Origin: Opitutaceae bacterium
GTDB taxonomy: Bacteria > Verrucomicrobiota > Verrucomicrobiia > Opitutales > Opitutaceae
Direction of reading: 5' to 3'
Assembly (NCBI GenBank): GCA_044370095.1
Contig: JBILWD010000001.1
Coordinates: 1 to 39,883 of the forward strand
Length of the DNA: 39,883 nucleotides
The translations under genes and the position numbers were made by a program. Under the pieces are notes generated by a model that had not been told where the DNA came from, ran no database searches, and was given only the letters and a program-made list of their open reading frames with translations. Below, in pieces: positions 12,101-21,100 of this stretch (within the stretch, counting starts at the first letter, position 1; every line of letters starts with the position of its first letter).

Positions 12101-15100
12101 CTGGCGGCGAGGTCGAGGTGCTCGTTGGGCCGCTCGAAGTGGAGCGACGGCGGGATGCGGCGGTGCTGCAGCGCGAGGACGACCTTCACCAGCCCGGCGA
12201 GCCCGGCGGCGAAGGAGGTGTGGCCGACGTTCGACTTCACCGAGCCGAGCGCGCAACGGCCGGCCCGGGGCCGCGGGCTGCGGAACGCCTCGGTGAGGCC
12301 CCGGAATTCCACCGGATCACCCAGCTTCGTGCCGGTGCCGTGCGCCTCGATCAGGCCGATTGCGGCGGGGTCCACGCCCGCTCGGCGATGGACGTCGCGC
12401 AGCAACTCGGCCTGGGCGAGCGCGCTGGGGGCGGTGATGCCGTTGGTACGCCCGTCCTGGTTGATCCCGGAGGCGCGGATAACGGCGAGGAGGCGGTCGC
12501 CGTCGGCGCGGGCAGCGGCGAGCGGCTTCAGGACCACCGCGACGACGCCCTCGCTCAGCGCGATGCCGTCCGCGCCGTCGTCGAACGGGCGGCAGCGGCC
12601 GTGCGGCGAGAGCATCTGCAACCGCGCGGTGGTGAGCAGTTGTTCCGGCTCAAGGATGAGGTTCACCCCGCCGACCAGCGCCATCTGGCAGTCGCCCGCC
12701 TGCAGGGCGCGGCAGGCCTGGTGGAGCGCGACGAGGGAGGAGGAGCACGCGGTGTCGATCGCGAGCGCGGGGCCGCGGAGGTTCAGCAGGTAGGCAAGCC
12801 GCGCGGCGAGGATCGAAGGCGTGAGGCCCGTGCCGGCGAACGCCGACTGCGCGAGGAGCGGATCCGCCCGCCGCAGCGTCGCGCCGTAGTCACCCGTACC
12901 CGCCCCGACGAACACGCCGCAGGCCACGCCCGCGAGCGAGCGCGGATCATACCCGGCGTGCTCGAACGCGTGCCACGCCTCCTCGAGGAAGAGGCGCTGC
13001 TGCGGGTCCATCACTTCGGCCTCGGCGTGCGACAGGTTGAAGAACAACGGATCGAAACGATCCACTTCCGCGATGAAGCCCCCTCGACGGCAGTAGAGCT
13101 TACCTGGCGCCTCACGGTCGGGACTGAAGTACGCGTTGATGTCCCAGCGTTCGGCGGGAACCTCGTTCACGCTCTCCACCCCGGCCTCCAAGTTGCGCCA
13201 GAAGGCGTCCAAATCGTTCGCGCCGGGGAGCCGGCACGCCATCCCGATCACCGCCACGGCGCCCGCCTCGTCCGGCGCGGGCGGCTCGACCGCGGGGGAG
13301 GGCGCCGCCGCGGGACCGGCCACGGTGGGGGTGCGCAGCGCGGCGAGGCGCACGGCCGGACGCGGGCCGGCGGACGCGGGCACCGCAAGAACGCCCGGCG
13401 CCGCCGCGGGCGTCCGGAGGCGCAGGGGCGCGGGGGCGGCCGCGGGGATGGGCAAGGGCGGAACGGGAGCGGACTCCGCGGGCGCGGGCTCCGGGGCCGG
13501 GGGAGGCGCGGCGGCGGCGAGGAGGGAACGGACTTGCGCCGCGAGCGCGTCGAGCGTGACCACGTCGTAGACCACGGAGGCGTCGAGCCGCAGGCCGAAG
13601 TCGCGGTTGACGCGGTGGATGAATTCCACGCCGAGGATCGAATCGAGGCCGAGGTCGCGGAAGGTCGTGTTCCCGTCGAGCGCGGCGGGATCGAGGCGCA
13701 GCTTCTCGCAGAGGTTGTCGCGGAGGGCGCGCGTGATGGCGGCGAGTTCCGGGGCGGCGGCGACGGGGATCGCAGCCGCGGGGATCGCGGTGGCAGCGGG
13801 AACGGTGGCCGGGGACGGAAGGGCGGCGGGCGGCGGCGGGGCCACCGGATCGGGTTCAGTTCCGCGGATGAAGTGGCGGATGCGCGCCTTCACCTCGGGA
13901 TGGCCGAACGTCTCGCCGTGCATCCGCACCTCGTCGGCGATGACCGCGGGCAGGCGCGCCAGTTGCCGGCGGGCCAGGCCCTGCTTGAGGGTGCGGAGCG
14001 TGTGGGCCGGCTTCTCTGCCATCTCCCGCGCGATTTCGAGCGCGGCCGGCAGCACCTCCGCCGCCGGGCGGAAGCGCACGCCCGCGCCGCGGCGGTTCAG
14101 CTCCGCCCCCGGGTAGGTGCCGGCGGTGAACATCATCTCCGCCGCGAGGTCGGCCCCGAGCTTTTCGCCGAGGATGTGCGTCGCGCCGAGCCCCGGGGTG
14201 AACCCGTACTTGGTGAAGACCGCGCTGTAGAGTGCCTCCTCGGCCATCACCACGACGTCCGCGTACAGGCCAAAGACCAGGCCCCCGCCCTGCGCGTGCC
14301 CCTGGATCGCGGCGATCACCGGCACCGGGCACTGGAGGAAGCCCTTGAAGATGAACTCGAGGCTCGCGAAGGAGCGGATCTGGTCGGACAGCTCGAGCAG
14401 TTCGTCACGCGTGCCGCCCATGGCGAACACGCCGTCGTCCCCGGTGATGACGGCCACCTTCACGGCCGGGTCATCCTCCAGGCGGGCGAAGACGTGCATC
14501 AGGCCCTCGAGCAGGGCCGGCGTGAACATGTTGCGGTGCGCCCGGTCCCGCATCCGCACGAGCGCGATGCCGCCGGGAAGCAGCTCCAGCCCCACCTCAG
14601 AATGCGCGCGGAACACGGTCCCCGGCACCCGCCACGAAGTTTGACCGCCGTCGGGCGCCGCGGCGACCGGCCGCGCGGCAGGCGCCGCCGCCGGGACCTG
14701 CGCGGCGGACGGGAGATCCGGATACACGTGCCGTCTGACCTCGAACGCGTAAGGCGGGAGCGGCAACACGCGGGCGGCCGACTCGGCCCCGGTGGGCTCC
14801 TCGAGCGCCGCGCCCGCGACCCAGGCGGCGGCCAAGCTCTCCAGCGCACCGTCCACGGGAGGAGCGGGCGCGGGGCCGGCGCGGCCCCGATGGACGGCGG
14901 CCGCGTCGCCGCCCAGCCAAGCCTCCAAGCGAGCCGCAGCTTCCGCCGGATCCGCGGCGACCCACGCGAGTCGTTCGGGCATCGCCTCGCGCGCGGTCCG
15001 CAGCGTGAACGCGAGATCCGCGAGGGAGCACTCGATGTGCGCCCGCAACCACGTCGCGAGGCGGCCGGCGTTGGCGCGCAGGGCCCCCGCGGACCGCGCG

Positions 15101-18100
15101 GAGAGCACCAAAACGCGCGGCGCGCGCGGCCCCGGGGCCGGAGCGGCTGCCCGCGGGGGCGGTTCCTCGAGGATCACATGGGCGTTCGCGCCGCCCGCGC
15201 CGAAGGAGCTGAGCCCCGCGCGCCGCGGATGCGTCACGCCGTCGACGACCGGCCGCGCCCACGGCTCGGCGGCGAGTTGCAGCCGGAAAGCACTTCCCGC
15301 GAGGCGGAGGTGCGGGTTCGGCGGCGCGGCGTGGAGCGTCGGGGCGAGCATCCCGTGGCGGAACTGGAGCACCAGTTTCGCGAGGCCCGCGAGGCCCGCG
15401 GCGGCCTCGAGGTGGCCGAGGTTCGACTTGAGCGAGCCCACGCTGCACCAGCCCGGCGGACCCGCGGTCCCGAAGGCGCGCGTGAGGCCCTCCAGCTCGA
15501 TCGGGTCGCCCAGCTCCGTGCCGGTGCCGTGCGCCTCGACGCAGGTGACGGTACGCGGGTCCACGCTCCCGCGCCGCAGCGCAGCCGCCACGACTGCGGC
15601 CTGCGCGGCCGGGTTAGGCACGCTGAAGCCCTGCGTCCGTCCACCGTGGTTGATCGCGCTCGCCTTGATCAGCGCGAGGATCGGGTCGCCGTCGCGCTCA
15701 GCGGCGGCCCGCGGCTTGAGCACCGCCGCGATCACGCCCTCGCCTGGAATGTAGCCGTCCGCGCCCGCCCCGAACGGCCGGCAATGGCCGGTGGGCGAAA
15801 GCATCCCGAGCGCCGCGGCCGCCTCGTGCTTCACGGGATGCAGGTGCAGGTTGACGCCGCCGACCAGCGCCGCCGCGCACTCGCCCCGCCGCAGGCTCTC
15901 ACAGGCGAGGTGCAGCGCGGTGAGCGACGCGGAGCACGCGGTGTCGACCGGCAGGCTCGGGCCCGAGAGGTCGAGGAAGAACGAGGCCCGGTTCGCGAGG
16001 GTCCACTGGCCCGATTGGTCGACGCGGGTGGGCGCGACCTGCTGCCGCAGGGCACCGCGGATCTGGTACGAGTTGTGGGTCACCCCGGCGAACACGCCCA
16101 CCGGCGCGGGCCCCTCGCCGTGGCGCCGGCGCAGCAGGCCGCTCCGCGCGTAACCCGCCTGCTCGAGCGCGTGCCACGCCACCTGCAGGAAACACCGCGT
16201 CTGCGGATCCAGGGTCTCAGCCTCGACCGGCGGCAGGCTGAAGAACGCCGCATCGAACTCCTCCGCCCCGGCGATGAAGCCGCCGCGCCGCTCCCCCGCC
16301 GCCGCCTCGTCCCACCGCCCGGGCGGCACGGCCGTGATCGCCTCCGCGCCGGACGCGAGCAGCTGCCAGAGCCCATCGAGATCCTCCGCGCCGGGGAACC
16401 GCCCCGCCAGCCCGATCACGGCGATGTCCCCGTCGGCGAGGCCCGCCGCGGGCGTCTCCGCCCCAGTGGGCAGCGGGGTCGTCACGGATGCGGGCGGTGC
16501 GGGCGGAATCTCCGCCACCACGGCCGGCGCGAGCGTCGCGGCGAGGGCTGGTCCGTGCGCGGCATGGAGGTGTTCCGCCAGCCGCGCCAAGGTGTGGCAC
16601 TCGAAAAGCAGGGTCTTGGCCGCCTCCGGCAGATCGCGCTCCAGGCGGGCGTTGAAGGCGTGAACCAGCACGGAATCGACCCCGTACTCGGCGAGCGGGG
16701 TGTGGTCACCGAGGCGGTCCGCCGGCACCTTCAGGACCTCGGCCAGCAACGCGCGCGTGTACGCGTGCACCCGCGCGGGCAACGCGGCATCCCCGACCGC
16801 GGCCGTGGGCGGGACGACCGGCGCCACCGCCACCGCCGTCGCGCCCGCCACCACCGCGGCGCGCGCGGCGAGGCGCGCCGCATCCCCGTGCGCCAGCAGG
16901 ACGGAAGCGCCGGGATGCGTCGCCGCGCGGTCGAGGAGCGCCAGCCCTTCGGCGGTGCTCAGGGGGGGCAAGCCGCTCAGGCGCGCGGACGCCTCCGCCA
17001 ACGCTTCCGCCGCGGCCGGGTCGCTGCCGCGGCCGAGGGTCATCCCGCCCTCACGCCACATCGGCCAGTTCACCGCCACGGTGCGCCCCGCCCGGCGACC
17101 CTCGTGGCGCGCACGCTCCCGCTCCGCCGCGAATTCATCGAGCCAGCGGCTCGCCCACGCGTAATCCGCCTGCCCCGGCTCGGGGATCACCGCGGCCTGC
17201 GACGAGCAGAGCAGCAGCCCGTCCAGCGGCGACGTCCCGAGCACCGCGTCGAGCTGGGCCGCGCCCGCCACCTTCGCCGCCGCGACCTCGGCCACCTCGG
17301 CCGCCGTCTTGAACGCCGCGAACCCCGGTCGCTGCACGCCGGCGGTGTGGATCACCGCGTGCAACGCCCCGAACTGCTCCCGCGCCGCGGCCACCGCCCG
17401 CGCGACATCCTCCCGCCGGGTGACGTCGCCCGCCACCGCCAGCACCTCGCCGCCCAGGGCCCGCACCTCCGCCGCCCGCGCGGCCGCCACGGGGCCGGCG
17501 GCGTTCCGGCCCAGCCACACCAGGCGGCTGCCCCGCGTGCGCGCCAAATGCCGCGAGAAGAGCCAGCCCAGGCCGCCGGCGCCGCCCGTGATGAGCACCG
17601 TGCCGCCCGGCCGGAACAGATCCTCGCGCGGCACGTCCGCCGCCAACGGCCCCAACTGGCGGGCGAACCGCCCCGCCGCATCCAGGCGCACCTCGCGCCA
17701 GGTGTCGGCGGCGCCCAATTCTTCCGCCAGCCTCGGGTCCCCCGGCGCGGCCACGACCAGGCGAGCGCGCAACCGCGGCTCCTCCTGCACCGCGGTCGCA
17801 AGGTACGCGCCCAGCGCGGCGAGCACCGGCGGAGGCGCGGGCGGCACGACCACCACCAGCCTCACCTCCCGCGCCGGCGGCGGCCGCAGCAACCGCCCGA
17901 CGATCGCGTGCAGCTGCAGGAGCGGCGCCGGATCCGCGCGATCGGCCACCTCCGCGGAGCAACGCAGCACGATTCCGGCCGGCAACGCTCCCGGGAGCGC
18001 CAACTCGGCCGCGGGGCACTCCCGCACATCGGCGCCCGGCGCGGCGTCCCGCAGTGCCGCGGCCAGCGCGGGATCGCCCGCCACGCACCAGGTGCCGGCC

Positions 18101-21100
18101 AAGGCGCCCGCCCGCGCCGGCGCCACCGGCACCCAGTCCGCCGCCCACGCCAACGGCGCGGTTGCCGCGGGCACCGGCACCGGTGCAGGCGCAGGTGTTG
18201 CCGGGGTCGCGGGTCCGGACGCGACGGGCCGCACGCCGCAGGGAATCAGTTCGAAGGGAGTCGGCGGCAGCGGCACACGGCGGCGCGCCGCGGCCGGGAA
18301 GACCATGGCCCAATCGATCGCCGCCCCGGCGACGTAGGCCGCCGCCAGCGCCTCGACCGTCGCCCCCGCGGGCGCGGACGGCGCCTCCGGAGTCGCGACG
18401 TGGCCCGTGCGCACGCGCGGGTCGTGGCCAGTGGCCAGCCACGCGTGCAACGCCGCTGCACCCTCGCTCGCGTCACGCGCCGTCACCGCGAGGCGGTGGC
18501 CGAAGGCCGGCCGGCCGGTCGCCAACGTGTGGCTGATCGCCGCCGCTGGCGTGGCGCCCGCATCCGCCTCGAGCCAAGCGGCCAGTTCTTCCGCGCGCCG
18601 CCGCCGGAGCTCCGGGGTGCGCCCCGAGAGCACGGCGACCCAAGGTCCCGGCGCCGGGGCAGGCAACCCTTCCGCCGGCGGGCCGGCCAGCACGAGGTGG
18701 ACGTTGGTACCGCTGAAGCCAAACGAGCTCACGGCGGCCAGTGCGGGACCACCAGCCGGCCAGGGCGCGGCCACGGCGGGCAGCAAAAACGGGCTTTCGG
18801 CCAACTGCAGTTCAGGGTTCGACGGGTGCGCGTGCACCGCGGGCGGTACCCGCCGGTCGCGCAAGGCGAGCAGGACCTTAATCACGCCGATCGCACCCGC
18901 GGCCATCAGCGGATGTCCGAGGTTGGCCTTCACCGAACCCAGCGCGCAATAACCGCGCCGCGGCGTGAAGCGGCGGAACGCCTCAGTCAACGCACCGACC
19001 TCGATCGGATCCCCGAGGCGCGTGCCCGTGCCGTGACATTCGACGTAGCCGATCGTCTCCGGGTCGATCCCCGCCCGCGCGTACAACCCGCCGATCAGTT
19101 CCGCCTGCGCCGGCCCGTGCGGCGCCGTGAGGCCCGCGCTGCGGCCGTCCTGGTTGACCGCCGAGGCCAGCAGCAGCCCGTGGATGCGGTCCCCGTCGCG
19201 CTCGGCGTCCGCCCGGCGCTTGAGCACCAGCACGGCCACGCCCTCCGCGGGAACGATGCCGTCGGCCGCCGCGCCGAACGCCGCGCAGCGTCCGGACGCG
19301 GAGAGCATCCCGGTCTCGCCGGCAAGCTGGTGGAAGCGGGGCGTGCAGAACACGGACACGCCGCCGGCGAGGGCGAGGTCGCAGGCGCCCTGGCGGAGGT
19401 TCTCGGCGGCGAGGTGCAACGCGACCGCGGAGGAGGAGCAGGCCGTGTCGACCGCGAGCGCGGGGCCGCGGAGGTTGAGGGCGTAGGCGACGCGAGCGGG
19501 CAACACCGACGGGGCGTTGCCCATGAAGGCGAACGCCTCGCCTTCCCGGCCCGCCGCGCGCAGCACCGCCTCGTAATCGCCATAGCTGCAGCCCGCGAAC
19601 ACGCCGGCGCGGAGGCCACCGAGGTCGCGTGGATTGTGGCCCGCGTGCTCCAGCGCCCGCCACGCCTCCAGCAGGAACAGCCGCTGCTGCGGGTCCATCA
19701 GTTCCGCCTCGCGCCCGGAGAGGCCGAAGAAGAGCGGGTCGAAACCGTCGATGTCCGCCAGCAGCCCCGCCCGTCGGCGCGACGGCGGCAGGCCCTCCAC
19801 CTCGGGCCAACGCGAGGCCAGGACCACGCCCGTGGAGTCCACGCCCGCGAGCACGTTCCGCCAGAACTGTTCCGCGTCCTCGGCGCCCGGCACGCGCAGG
19901 GAATACCCGACGATCGCCACCGCGTCCGTGGCCGCGGACCCGGACCCGGCCGACGCCGGAGCGGGAGCTTCGGCCGCCGTCGCCAGCGCCACGGGACCCA
20001 ACCGCGCGGCCAGGGCCCCGATGTTCGGGGCGTTGAACAGGTCGAGGGGCCGCAGCGCCGCGCCGAACTCACGGTTGAGCGCCTCCGCCAGCTCCACCGC
20101 CACGATCGAGTCCAGCCCCAGCCGGTCAAAGCCACGCTCGTCCGTCAGATCCGCCTCCTCGAGCCGGAATACCCGCCGCACCACGGCCCGCACGCGGGCC
20201 GCGACGCGCGGATCAGCCGGCCCCGAGTCCGGCCCCGAGCGGAGCGCGGGCACGCCGACTGCCGGCGCCGCCGCCGGAGACGCGGGCGCCAACGGCGGAC
20301 CGGGGCTCACCGCGAGCAGCACCGCCTGCGGGGCCGCGGCAGGATCGCCTTCCGCGAAGGCCGCGAACCCGGTGAACCCCTCCGCGCCGAGTACCTCCCG
20401 CCAACGCGCGACATCGAGGAGCGGCGAGCCGGGCAGCCGCCGCTCCGCATCGCGCGCCTGCCACCAGCCGTCGAGCAGGCCGTAGGTGAGGGTGTTCGCG
20501 AGGGAGACGCGGGTCACCTCGATCAGCGCGAGGAGCCCGCCCGGCCGCAGGAGGCCGCGGATCAGTCGCAAGGCGTCGTCCAGCCGCCGGGCAACGTGGA
20601 GGGCGTTGGCGGCCACGATCACATCGACCGTGCCAGGCGCGGCCGGCTGGGCGGACAAGGGCGCGTCGAGATCCGCCACCGCGAAACGCATCCACGGATG
20701 CCGGGCGGCGAGGCCGGCCTCGAATTGCCGGCGGAAGCCCGCCGAAACGTCGGTGAAGAGGTACTCGACCGGGATTCCGAGGGGCTCGAGCGCAGCGGCC
20801 ACGACGGCGGTGGTCGCGCCGGTCCCCGCGCCGAACTCGAGCATCCGCACCGGCCCCGCGGCGCCGGCGGCCCGGCGGGCGCGCACCGCGGCGGCCACGG
20901 CCTCGGCCAGGGCGCGGTTGGCGGCGTCCGCCAGCGCGGAGCCCTCGTAGACGCGGCGCACGAGGGCGAGCGAGCCGCCGGGGAAAAGCACGTCGGTGCC
21001 CCGGACGCGGCCGGCGAGGACGTCCGGAAGCGCGGCGACGCACGGCGCAAGCAGGTCCGCATGGCCGGCGTGGTCCGGGTGGTTTTCCAGCAGGGCTTGG

